A DNA stretch of 64,000 nt from Octopus sinensis (taxonomy: Eukaryota). The notes beneath the pieces were generated by a model. That model had not been told where the DNA came from. It searched no databases and saw nothing but the letters and a program-made list of their open reading frames with translations. The stretch spans positions 102,176,001 through 102,240,000 of the forward strand of contig NC_043000.1 of the NCBI RefSeq assembly GCF_006345805.1. The letters are read 5' to 3'. How positions within the stretch are numbered: the first letter of the stretch is position 1; each line of letters opens with the position of its first letter. This document shows, piece by piece, positions 51,530-64,000 of the stretch. The translations under genes and the position numbers were made by a program.

Positions 51530-54440
51530 ATTATCATCATCATCATCATCATCATCATCATCGTTTAACGTCCGCTTTCCATGCTAGCAGGGGTTGGACG
51601 ATTTGACTGAGGACTTGCGAACCAGATGGCTGCACCAGGCTCCACTCTGATCTGGCAAAGTTTCTACAGCTGGATGCCCTTCCTAACGCCAACCACTCCT
51701 AACGCCACCAGCACGAGGGCCAGTCAGCCGGTACTGGCAACGGCAACGCTCAAATATTGTTTTTTTTTTTTACGTGTCATCTGCACAGGAGCCAGTCCAG
51801 CGGCACTGGCAACGACCTCGCTCAAATGTTTTTTTTCCCGTGCCAATTAGGCGACGCTGGTAACGATCACGCTCGAATGGTGCTTTTTACCTGCCACCGG
51901 CACGGAAGCCAGTCAGCTGCTCTAGCAACGATCACGCTCGGATGTTGCTCTTAGTGCTCCACTTGCACGGATGCCAGTCATCGAATTTGATTTCGATTTC
52001 GATTACACTTGCCTCAACAGGTCTTCGCAAGCAGAGTTTAGTGTCCCATGAAGGAAAGGCACGTATAAGTTGGCTCGTTACATAGGCATAGGCTTGCCGG
52101 GTCTTCTCAAGCACAGCATATTTCTGAAGGTCTCGGCCACTAGTCATTGCCTCGGTGAGGCCCAATGTTCGAAGGTCGTGCTTCACCACCTCATCTCAGG
52201 TCTTCCTGGGTCTTACTCTTCCATAGACTCCCTCACCCGCTAGGGTGTGGCACTTTTTCCCACAGCTAGCTTCATCCATTCTTTCCACATGACCATACCA
52301 GCCCAGTCGTCTCTCTTGCACACTACATCTGATGCTTCTTAGGTCCAACTTTTCTCTCAAGGTACTTACACTCTGTTGAGTATGCACACTGACATTACAC
52401 ATCCATCGGAGCATACTGGTTTCATTCCTTGAAAGCTTACGCATGTCTTCAGCAGTCACGGCCCATGTTTCGCTGCCATGTAGCATGGCTGTTCGTACAC
52501 ATGCGTCATACAGCCTACCTTTTACTCTGAGCGAGAGGCCCTTTGTCACCAGCAGAGGTAAGAGTTCTCTGAACTTTGCTCAGGCTCTTCTTATTCTAGC
52601 AGCTACACTTTCAGTGCACCCTCCCCCGCAACTAACTTGGTTACCTAGATAACGGAAGCTATCAACTACTTCCAGTTTTTCTCCCTGGAATTTGGCGGAA
52701 GTTGTTCTCTGCACATTTTCAGTGTTTAGTGCTCCTGAGCACCTGCCACATGCAAAAACTATCTTCCCAGTTAGCCTTTTTTTATATTGCTGCACCTCTT
52801 ATGTGTCCATAGCTTACACTGGGTACATCTTATAGAGTATCTACCTACGCCTTTTCTACAGATCGAGCAGGGCCATCTACCTGAAGGGATTTGTAGTTTG
52901 TCTGCCTTCCTACTTATTAGACTTTGGTCTTAGCCAAGTTGACTCTAAGGCCCTTCGATTCTAATCCTTGTTTCCACACCTGAAACTTCTCCTCTAGTTC
53001 TGATAGTGACTCAGTAATTAGAGCCATGTCATCAGCATAGAGGAGCTCCCAGGGGCATCCTATCTTGAATTCCTCTGCTATTGCCTGGAGGACTATGATA
53101 AATAGTAGGGGGCTGAGGACTGAACCTTGGTGGACCCCTACCTCTACCCAGAATTCTTCACTGCACTCGTTGCCAATCCTCACCTTACTGACAGCGTCCC
53201 TGTACATGACTTTCACACCTCTCACTAACCATTCATCTATCCCTAGTTTTCTTATTGACCACCAGATAAGGGATCGGGGGACCTTGTCAAAGGCTTTCTC
53301 CATGTCAACGAAACACAGGTACAGAGGTTTATCTTTGGCTAGGTATTTCTCCTGCAGCTGTCTAACCCGAAATATAGCATCAGTGGTGCTTTTCCCTGGC
53401 ACGAACAAAAACTACATCTCATCTGACTCTCTTCCTAATTAGTTGGGCTATGACCCTCTCCGTGACCTTCATTACCTGATCCAACAACTTGATACCTCTG
53501 TAATTATTTGTATCTAAAGCGTCACCTTTACCTTTGTAACAGTTGACTATGGTGCTGCTACACCAGTCATTGGGTATGACTCCTTTGTGTATCACCTGGC
53601 TAACTATACAGGTGACCTAGGCTATAGCTGACACTGCCAGATATTTTAAGCATTACTGTAGTGATTCCTGATGGGCCGGGGGCTTTCCCTGTCTTCATAC
53701 TCTTAATTGCTTTATCTACCAAGGTACTGTCAACTCGGATAACTGGTCCCTCTGTTGGGTCGACATTCGGCAGGCTCTCTTTTTCCCATTGATTTTCTTT
53801 ATTGAGCAACCTTTCATAGTGGCGTCTCTAAACCTTTCTCTTTGCAGCCTCGTTTAGTGCAAGTGAACCATCATCGATGCGGACACATTTCTCTCCTACA
53901 ACATCACGATTCTCTCTCACGCAGTGTTGCATCATGAAATAACTCAAGTTTTTGTTCCTCACGGCGCAGAACATTGGCAAATCTTTTCTTACCTGTTTCC
54001 TCTCTGGCTAAATAAACATTGTTCCACCAACCCGTTATTTTGGGTCGAGAGGGGGCTTTGCACCATCTACAGATCTGGTCAGTTGCCCTCAGCAGGTTGT
54101 CCCGTAAAAACCTCCAGTTGTCTTCTACATCGTGTGAAGCTATATCATCTTCTATTTCATGGAAAGCTTCGAGTAATATGTCTATAAATCTCTGTTCATT
54201 CGCAGGATCTTTAAGTTTCCAGCGCCTTCTCCTCCATGCTGGTCGTCTTCTGGGCATTCACTTAGCCATGATCCTACAGTTGCTAACTACCAGTCCATGT
54301 TGTAGGTTACATTCTTCGCCTGGGAAGGTTTTGGTAGCCATCTTTCCTTTTTCTGGCGATGATATAGTCAATTTGGCTAGTGTGTTTGCCAGAACGGTAG
54401 GTGACTAGGTGACTGGCAGGTTTCCTGAAGTGGTAGTGGT
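51530..54440 (-). mobile_element. RTE-clade LINE (APE C-terminus, RT, 3' UTR, (GAT)n tail), 5'-truncated and frameshifted
   Basis: SHLVTYRSG..SQIDYII; ORF 52917-53408 (FVDMEKAFD, GVHQGSVLSPLLF, LLYADD); ORF 52196-52549; 3' UTR GAAGGGCATCCAGCTGTAGAAACT; ends GGACGTTAAAC(GAT)n. Confidence 0.93.
52917..53408 (-). pseudogene. Reverse transcriptase core of the RTE LINE
   Basis: 163-aa ORF with intact RT motifs including YADD; flanked by frameshifts. Confidence 0.92.
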
Positions 54441-55184
54441 GGAGGAGGAAGTCTTGGCGAGGCCGAGAGAGAGATAGAGACAGAGTGAGGCAGAGAGAAA
54501 AAGAGAGAGAGAGAGACAGAGTGAGGCACAGAGAGAGACAGAGTGAGGCACAGAGAGAGAGGAAGGAGTGGTCAGGACACGCGGTAGAAAAGTATTCTTA
54601 TGGGATTTGAGAAGCATAATTTAACGAGACAGCAAATGTTGATAAAAGTAAAATAGAATTGAAAAATCTGAGAGTTTTCGTTCAGCTAATCTTTGCAGCG
54701 TGTTAAACTTTAATAGATGAATGAATGAATAATTTGCGGTTAAAGGCAACAACGAGGAAGACAAAACTATTAAAACTATATTTACATGATACATGGTAAT
54801 GAAATAGACAGAATAATGAAAAGAACTAATAAGGAGTTTATGATCTGCGCAGAAATAGAAGAGTAGATGAACGAGGTTGAAAAGACAAAACTTCTTACCT
54901 GAGCATCTTCTGCGATTCGTATTTTTCGGCCGAGAAATTAAAATCGTGTAGCTATATATACATATATATATATTTATATATATATATATAATGTTATATA
55001 TAATTGCAATAATTTATAATGCCTTTTCAACTACGATAAAAATCTCCGAGACAAAAACACACTTTTTTTTGTATGTAAAAAGAAAAATGATGAATCCAGG
55101 CGACTTCGGTTAACCACAGACGCGTTTCGAATTTAAATCTACCTATACATGTATATATTTAAATCTACCTATATATATATATAT

Positions 55185-55276
<92 letters not shown>

Positions 55277-55339
55277 TATGTATATATATATATATAAATA
55301 TAAATGTTATATATATAAAACATATATATATACATATAT

Positions 55340-55554
55340 ATAGTGAGAGTTTATAAAAAAAACAAAAGACCGAAGACAGGTGGTGTACAAAACAAACAGA
55401 TGTATTAGTATAACGCTCAGGAATAGAAAAAGTCTCTTACGTTTCGAGCCTACGCTCTTCTACAGAAAGGGACACAGAAAAAACAAGGAGAGAAACAAGG
55501 AGAGAAAAAAAGGGAGAGAAAAATGTGTGTAGTGGCTAACGATCTATCATGGCG

Positions 55555-55555
<1 letters not shown>
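55340..55555 (-). mobile_element. ~200-bp hammerhead-like pLTR element in (TA)n
   Basis: Minus strand CTGTAGA-A-GAGC-GTAG-GCTC-GAAA-CGTA (55438-55465); same family as 51325-51520. Confidence 0.65.
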
Positions 55556-55605
<50 letters not shown>

Positions 55606-55786
55606 GTTATATTAAATTAGAGATAAAACCACTATTAGGCAAATCAAACAGTGAAAATCATAAGCCAATACATAGAAATAAAATTAATTAATAAAATATA
55701 TAAAAAATATAAAATATAAAATTCCAAATTAAAATATCTAAAATTTTAAAAATTATTTAAATGAATAATTTAAACTTATAAATTTT

Positions 55787-55862
<76 letters not shown>

Positions 55863-55946
55863 TATTATTTTATTTATTCATTTATTTATTTTAATTTTTT
55901 TATTTTTAATATAACTATCAAAAAGTATTAAAAGTTTAATATATAC

Positions 55947-56067
<121 letters not shown>

Positions 56068-56392
56068 TTCAATAATATACATATGGAAAATCCTAGAAGG
56101 GCTAGTACCTAACTTCGGCATTGAGTGTTATACAAATGCCAGACCTGGTCGCCATTGTATTGTACCAAAGGTACCATCCACTCCATCTGAATTCAAGATT
56201 AGGTACTGCAATAGTCTAGAGTTCAAAGGCCCACAGCTCTTCCATGCCCTGCCACAAAATTAAGAAATCTGCACAAGGTGGAAGTAAGAGGTCTTCAAAA
56301 AGGAACTAGCTATCCTCCTCTGCATAATACCAGATGAATCAACAGCCCGACAAGTGGTGCAGACGAGGGCAGCAAAATCAAACTCCTTTTAC
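56068..56392 (+). mobile_element. CR1-like LINE ORF2 C-terminal fragment
   Basis: WKILEGLVPNFG..NSLEFKGPQLFHALP..LRNLH..FKKEL..IPDE..RAAKSNS. Confidence 0.75.
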
Positions 56393-56402
56393 ATACATAT
56401 AT

Positions 56403-56760
56403 ATACGGGGCTATCTTTTACTGGAAAGTAATACATTTTGTATTGCATTATTATTTTCATTGAAACTTCTTCGCTGTTCTCGTTCTGTTAACGTTTTGGC
56501 GCTCAGACGAGTATACTGGCATAGATGCGGCAACATTTGATATTTTGTCTAGGTAAATGCAGCTGATGAAGACTAATCAAATTTACGTTGTCAAACGTAT
56601 TTGAAGAGTTAGACACCGGTCCTGCATTAATCGATTCTTGGTTGTCCGTTTATCGAATGTTCTTCCTAGAGGTAAGACAAATATTTTTCATGTTTGTTGC
56701 ACACACGCGTCTTTGGTAGTATATTCGCAGTGAAGCTATACAATAGCGTCGTATTTATTA
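56403..56760 (+). mobile_element. Sibling of the 11085 element with a decayed type I hammerhead (56556-56628)
   Basis: Perfect stem I AATGCAG/CTGCATT, CTGATGA, long stem II hairpin, ACCGGT-C; GAAA altered to GACA and the 3' strand of the stem II base missing. Confidence 0.6.
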
Positions 56761-56818
56761 TGATTGCTATTTTCCAGTAATATTGGTGCCTTGTACCATT
56801 TATCTACTTTTATATGTA

Positions 56819-56863
<45 letters not shown>

Positions 56864-57884
56864 ATACATACATAACAAATATATAAATATGTATAGTTTA
56901 TGCATATCTGTGCATATGTATATATGGGTATACAAATATGCCTACATCTGTACATGTATGCCCATTTACGCGAGTGTGGGGGTATATGTAGATGTAGTTG
57001 ATATATATCTCAATATATTATAATACTATGTAATTAAAATATAATAGTGTATATTAATATATATTTTTTTTTTGTATCCACCGTCGAATTGAACCCACTG
57101 AAAAAATATAAAGACATGCGTACGAAAGCGCATTATTTTATATCTGTTTAATATCAATATATATAATACACAATGTGTTTTTGTATATATATATTTTTTG
57201 TGAGCAGCACTTATCGTTTAAGGCTGTTGAATTTGTTCCAATTTATAAGATTTGCTTTCTAAATCATTCGATACGATCTGGAGTCGTTCTGTATATTTTG
57301 ATTGTTATTGTTTTTCTTATTTGTTTCATAATGCTTACTGAAACAGTTTGGAGTTTTCTAAATTAACTACGTTTCTACTTTGTTACTGCAAGAGAGGTCT
57401 ATTTAGTTGTTCTCTTTTTCTTTCGTGTTTGAAAGTTCATTATGCTTTCCAAATGCTCATCTAATGTTTTAATATTCATAAACTTTGACGATTTGCCGTG
57501 CATCGCAATATTTATAAGAGATTTGTTCATCATTATCGTAGCCCGAATGGATCTTTTGATAAACGTTGCAGCCATACTATAGAACAATGACTCTTAATTT
57601 TGATTTGATTTTTCTCCTAAGACCGAAAAAAATGTGTCTCTCTTCATTTTTTAACAAGGTCTCCACTTACATGCTGAAGTTGTTCTGTCTACTTTTTGTA
57701 TTCGTAAGTTCATTTTGCTATCTTCATTGACTCATAATGTCATAATGTTCATAAGTTCAAACGATTCTCGCAGCATCACAACAGTCATAAGGAATTTCGA
57801 TGCTACTTTATGGGGCAGTATTTGTAGTCTACGTTGTGAAATGACCTGATCTGGGTTTGGGGTTAGGATAAGGATCACTTTGAA

Positions 57885-58205
57885 ATTGGTTTAAAAAAAG
57901 GGATAAAGACCCCCTTCGGTTATAAATGACCATGGGATACACTTAGAAAGTTCTCCTCTGAGGCACAAATCTGCGTAATTTTGTTTATGGAAGACCAGCA
58001 ATCTTGTATAGTGAATCTCCCATGCACACCAGTGTCCATGCATTCCAGTCTCCCCTGTCCACGCCACCGATGTTTTCCAAGGGAAAGGCAATGGCCGATA
58101 CAGTTTCGTACCAGTACACAACACAGAGCCCGGTCCGCGAATCGAACTCATCACCTCAAAATTTTGTGAACCCGATGCTCTAACCACTGAGTCATGCGTC
58201 TTCAC
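57885..58205 (-). mobile_element. tRNA-derived SINE
   Basis: Head GACGCATGACTCAGTGGTTAGAGCATCGGG...GAGTTCGATTCGC with A/B-box-like motifs and a non-tRNA body. Confidence 0.7.
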
Positions 58206-58934
58206 ACTTTGAAATTACAGACTGAAAATTCAGTGGGGCCAAGGTGTGCAAGTTCCTCATGTCTACGCAATAAATGTTGTTCTTTGTGAACTTGTATAGT
58301 GAATCATCTGGATAGTATTTTAGGAGTGATAAATATAACTTTCTTATTTTCCTGTTATTTTTGCATTTTTATTTACTTCCTCATCTTCTAATTGCTAACT
58401 TTCCTCTGGTAACTTTTTCAACAATAGGTTAGTTACTCTAGTGTCTATATAGTTTAAACTGTTTTGAATATTACAGTTAAAGTCTGTGTATATATTCATA
58501 TATATATGTATGGATATATTCAAACGCATAAACATGTGCATGTATATATTCATTAGCAAATAGTTGAAATGCATGCATAGATATATAAAATAATCAAAAT
58601 GTCATTTTCACCTACATGTTGGTACATCTGGAAAAATGACATACGTATAAGCAAATGTGCATACAGAGAAATAAATGCACACAGACACATTCATTCATGT
58701 ATACACACGCACGTGCGTATGTATATATATATATATACCTATCCATATATATACACGTATATGTGTGTATATATCCATATATATAAACATATATATGTGT
58801 ACAAACCTACCTACCTACCTACCTACCTACCTACATACATACATACATACATACATACATACATACGTACGTACGTACATACATACATACATACATACAT
58901 ACATACATACATAAATACAAAAATACATGGTGGA

Positions 58935-59275
58935 ATGTCCCAGTGAAAACCTTACTAAAATTTAAACAAAATACACCTGATAAATTGATTTGGGATAGAG
59001 AACTGTATACAGTTATAGAAACCAGATGCCCAGTGAATTTTAATGGAAAGCTGAAGATCAGTGAAAAAGAGAATACCTACGCTGAACCCTGCAGTTACTC
59101 TTCCAGATTACAAGTTCAAGCTTATACCTGTAAATATTGGGGCGCTGAGATATGTAACACACTGCCTAAATACCAATCTTGAGAAATTAGGCTTCTCAAA
59201 ACCAGGAGAAAGCTGATTCGAAGACTAATGATCCAGTTCATCACTGGAACTATAAAAATCTATAACACAAATCAG
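58935..59275 (+). mobile_element. RLE (PD-D/ExK) endonuclease fragment of an R4/Dong/NeSL-like element
   Basis: TPDKLIWDRE..VIETRCP..KISEKENTY / LFPDYKFKLIPVNIGAL..LEKLGF..TGTIKI. Confidence 0.72.
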
Positions 59276-59834
59276 TTTATCAATCGAGTATGTATGAGCA
59301 TGTCTATATGTGCAAGTATATGCATGAGAAGACAGACATAAAACTAAACATACAAATCTGTATGTATAAATACATACAAAAATGTCCTGTTGTTGATGTT
59401 GATATCTCGATGAAGGAGCCTTGAATTTAGGTTAGAAACCGGCTTTTTCTCTATTGGCAAGTAATTTTGAAATAAACCTGAATAAGGAGATACATACATA
59501 CATACATACATACGTACGTACGTACGTACATACGTACGTATGTACATGCATGCATGCAGACATATATAGGATACATACATTTATAAGATATCAAATAAAG
59601 GATTGTTGAAAAGTGAAGGTCTTATGTAAATGGTAGCAAATAATATACCTTTTCACAGATCAATAAAAAAGATTAAGTCTGAATAACTCAGTAGATCCAT
59701 GAATATATTTATTTAAATGACAAACTGAAAGGTTTCAGTAAATATGTATATATTTATATATATATATAATATATATATATAATATATATATAATATATAT
59801 ATATAATATATATATATATATAAATATGTATGTA

Positions 59835-60213
59835 CACTTGCGTCAGAAATTAATTAGCACTTCTCAAATTTCTACATTAAATAGGTTAAATCAATTAACC
59901 TATGAGCTGTTCAAAACGTCTTACGCGATGAGAAAACTTAGTATGGTGTGATTTCGGTCCTGCGAGGCGCTACCTATATCTATTAAACAAAGGAAGATTT
60001 GTCTGCATCCGCACTCCAAGTTGTTGTTGCACTGCTATGTCAACATCATAAGGCTGTAGACTCTCAAACTGCTCTGCAAACAAAGTTACGTCATCGTTCT
60101 GCGCAACAGTGAACTCGCAACAAAGCAATAGTTCGAGATATGGCCACTAGGTGACAGCACATACCTTGAGTGAAGAGCAAATCAAGGGTGCTAATTAATT
60201 TCTGACGGTAGTG
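59835..60213. mobile_element. Tc1/mariner-derived MITE, 379 bp
   Basis: 26-bp TIRs CACT(TG/AC)CGTCAGAAATTAATTAGCAC (24/26 match), TA TSDs at 59833-59834 and 60214-60215. Confidence 0.88.
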
Positions 60214-60243
60214 TATGTGTATGTATATGCATGTGTGTATATG

Positions 60244-60289
<46 letters not shown>

Positions 60290-61246
60290 CCAAAAAGTTT
60301 ATATTACGTAACTTGGTACACCCACCTTCAATGAAACAGTGTAAACATGAAATGGTTGAGATGCAGCAGTTTTATTTACATTTCCTGAAATATTTTTCTC
60401 TTTTCTATGAGCTTGTTAAACATTTTTGTTTATCATTCTCACAGTTTTTAATTGAGACGCTGTTATCAAACTTTACCTAATAGATTCTGAATAGATTTCG
60501 GTTATTATGCCCTTTATTACATTAAAATTGTATTCTTTTTTTATTTTTAGAGAAAGGTTTTTTAAAAAATATTCAATGTAATTTTAATGCTCAACTGTTC
60601 AGTTTACAACTTTGTGGTTTATTCGCAAATGTTTACTCCTTTAAACACATTTTGTAGTTTAAGATTAAGAAAGCATTAAAATTTTTTTCCTTGAATGTTC
60701 AAAGCATAAATGGAATTAAAAGTTAATCAATTCCTTGGCGCTTCATTCAAATCGTATTTCTTGGTTTACAGAGGCTGTACAAGTTAACCATATAAACAAA
60801 CGCAATGAACATCCTTGTGACTAATAGTAAAATAACTGACAGGTTACTATAATTACATAGTACATACATACGTACATTTGTAGACAAACTCACTAGACTC
60901 TGTATCGAAATCCTCTAAACCAGTAAAATGGATTGATAGAGTTCTATAATTGTGTGAAATACAAATTTACCCTATATTCATTATATTAAGTGCCCTCCAG
61001 TTTGAAATATATATATATATGATTTACAGGATCTCTAAATTAGTGTGTGTGCGTGCGTGTGTGCGTGCGTGTGTGTGTGTGTGTGTGAGTGACCGCCTGT
61101 GTGTACGTATGTTTGCACATATATAGTGATACATGCATGCATATACATGTGCGTCTGATGTATATATATATATATATATATCATATAAACGTATATGTAT
61201 GAATGTATATATAAAATATAAACGTATATGTATGAATGTGTGTGTG

Positions 61247-61307
<61 letters not shown>

Positions 61308-61900
61308 TGCAAGTCAGAGAGTAAGAAAGAAGTACAATGGAAACGTGATATTGCTAAATTATTTAGATTTTCTTTCACTTCTAAAATTCGGAGGAAAAGT
61401 AACTTTGTTAACACGATAATGGAAAGATAATGGGAAAATGGTTGCTTGACTGTAGTTTTAATAAATAACTTATGACATATTATATAGTTACATTAATGTA
61501 TGAGTTAGAATCATTGAAAATGTAATTTACGTTTCAAAAAATTACTATATAGTTAGAATGAGAAAAATTAATCAAATAGTTATTGGAATCTGAATAGAAA
61601 ATGGTGATGTTAAAGGATATGTGTGCGCTAACATTCGTTTCATCGGAAATACTAATAAATCTGTCATCGTGCATGTATCTTTTAAGAGAGATTTAATGCA
61701 TTCACAAAAACAGAAACATGCTTAAAATTCGCCAGAATGAAAGCGGAGAAGACGGTGTACAAATATTCCTTCTAACATGTAAGTGAATAATGCATCAAAG
61801 TGTATGGATGTATGTGTCTATGCATGTATGTATATGTATGCACGTACGTATGTATATATATATATATGCATTATATATATATTATATGTATATATATATG

Positions 61901-61967
<67 letters not shown>

Positions 61968-62269
61968 ACACACACAGAGATATATGTATATATACATGTA
62001 TGTGTGTTTGTGTGTGTGCGTGTGTATGTATGTAAGTGTGTATATGTACACCGATGGTTTCGTGCGTTAGCACTTATCAATCATATAATTATATTTTCAG
62101 TTTTATTTGTTCAGTTTGCATCAACGTTTCTATATACATGTATATATATAGATAAAACTTACTTGGAAATGAATGCGTGGCGTTCAATCATATAATAATA
62201 TAAATAATATATATACATATGCATGTATACATACATATATGTACATACTTACATATATATGTATATAGA

Positions 62270-62900
62270 CATGCATATATGGGTACAGGACGTCATAGAA
62301 CGTAAACAACATGAAATACAAAATACGAAAACCTGAAATACGAACAAAGAAAAAAACAAATGGAAAACAAGACAAGCAACATATAGAACGACCCTTCATC
62401 AATTTTCGGCTGTTTTATGTACTCCACATTTTGAGCATTTACGACAAGATGTGCCTTCGTCAAAACAGTTGCTCCTGCAAAGCAAATTAAGTAAAATTTA
62501 GGATTTGCGGAATGTCAAAGTTGATAACAAACAAAGGACAGTGAAAACGGTAAGAGCTGTTAAGTCATGACGAGGTGAGGTGGGGAGCGCTGGAGAAGCA
62601 AGCTTTGACAGAAGACAGACAAGGATCGGATGAAAAGAAAGAAGTTCAAGTTATGAAAAGCAAGATAACCGATGGTCACGTGTGCGCAACGAGAGAGTAA
62701 AGGGGGAAGAGTGAGGAAGAGAGAGGGACAGATAGAGAATGGTGAAGGGGAAAGGAAAAGAATTAGAGAAAGGATGAGAGAGAAAAAAGCTAAAGGGGGA
62801 GAAGAGGAGAATAAAAGAATTAGAGAAAAGAAGAGAGAGGAGACGAAAGAGAAATAGAAATAGAATAGAACATATATCGCATCAAAATTATTAAGATAAA
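62270..62900 (-). mobile_element. pLTR-like repeat with CT-rich tract and degenerate hammerhead-like motif
   Basis: Minus strand TTGACGA-A-GGC...GCC-GAAA near 62405-62465; general layout like the 11085 and 56403 elements. Confidence 0.4.
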
Positions 62901-63347
62901 ACTTACTTGGAAATGGATACGTGGCTTTATATATGTGCAACTTTTTTACTAGTTTCAGCTCCAGAACTGCGGCCATGCTGGGCACCGCCATTAACTTTGT
63001 TACACCATCACTACTTGAAACCTCTTCTGATGTGTGTGTGTGTGTGTATTTATCTTTATATATTAGGTTTAGATAATACTTTGATATTAGTGTTTAGTGT
63101 GGAGAGCTTCTGGGGCATATATAAATGCATAAATAGATATCAATGTAAGTAATATAAACACTATCGAACACACATGCATAATGTATGTGTTCTGCCAGTT
63201 GGAGGTCAGGCTGCGATTATAGGCGCAACAGAATATATTCTCATCAAATCACCTACGCCTATAATCCCAGCCTGCTCACGAAGTGGAAAAACATACCGTG
63301 TGTATGTCTTCGATATTGCTTATATCCCTCGGGCTGCTTCTCGTTCC

Positions 63348-63382
<35 letters not shown>

Positions 63383-63610
63383 ACAAAACCTTGCAAAGTT
63401 AGATACCAATATCTTAGCCTCGTCCAAGCCTAATTAGGTTACCTATGAAGACAAAACCAGACAATACTAATGTGAGTGATCCCCCACAAACTGTGTCCAC
63501 AAATACTTTTCCCTTCACAAGAATGAAGGACGACTTAGAATAACGAGACATTCACAAACAAGCGTAACATATGTGTATTCCTATCATGTGTATGTGCGTG
63601 TGTACGTGCA

Positions 63611-63659
<49 letters not shown>

Positions 63660-64000
63660 TAACCATATGTATACATTTAGTGTGTATACTATTGGAAGCC
63701 TTCTAAACTGCGGTATTCATCTTGAGAAAGTATTTCTTACAGACATACTGTGTTACAAACTGCAGCAATGGGGATCCAGATTTCTGTTTAATCGTGAACT
63801 TCTATCCACCCTGCAGGCGAAATCCTGGATTCATTGATCTTTCAATAACCGTTTAACTAAGTCAGCTAGCAACCGATGTTATCTTGACTCGGGATGACAT
63901 GGATATTTACAACTAATGAACATAACGACCAGATGTTCTAATCTAGCAACTTCACCATCAATGCTAAGCGACCTTCGCCTGCTGCTTATATCACACACTA

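Noticed and set aside
53065-54408. Plus-strand ORFs 53065-53442, 53924-54187 and 54019-54408; also 3042-3401 (-), 38668-38961 (+) and 26377-26670 (+)
   Set aside because: Antisense shadows of TE coding sequence.
62560-62991. 143-aa hydrophobic ORF suggesting a membrane protein
   Set aside because: It derives from a CT-rich low-complexity tract plus a SINE tail fragment.

Overview
AT-rich eukaryotic non-coding DNA, saturated with microsatellites and decayed transposable elements. The repeat repertoire looks like an octopus (coleoid cephalopod) genome; this is inference from repeat style, not a search result. I found no supportable host protein-coding gene, rRNA, tRNA gene or CRISPR array. Most track ORFs are microsatellite read-throughs, and the real peptides are TE remnants. 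DNA transposons: mariner, Tc1, three kinds of hAT, Chapaev3-like, pogo/Tigger, Helitron and a MULE-like element. Retroelements: Tx1/L1, RTE, R4/Dong-like, CR1-like, Penelope GIY-YIG fragments and several tRNA-derived SINE families. Four observations stand out. (1) A nested stack at 27.3-29.4 kb: an ORF1-only (HAL1-like) Tx1 derivative and a SINE carrying the Tx1 3' tail both sit at the same GGTATTTCGTCTG site inside another copy of that SINE. (2) An intact-looking type I hammerhead ribozyme at 11236-11322, plus related hammerhead-bearing short elements in (TA)n. (3) A candidate decayed HDV-like ribozyme at 16534. (4) Five unrelated long foldback elements.
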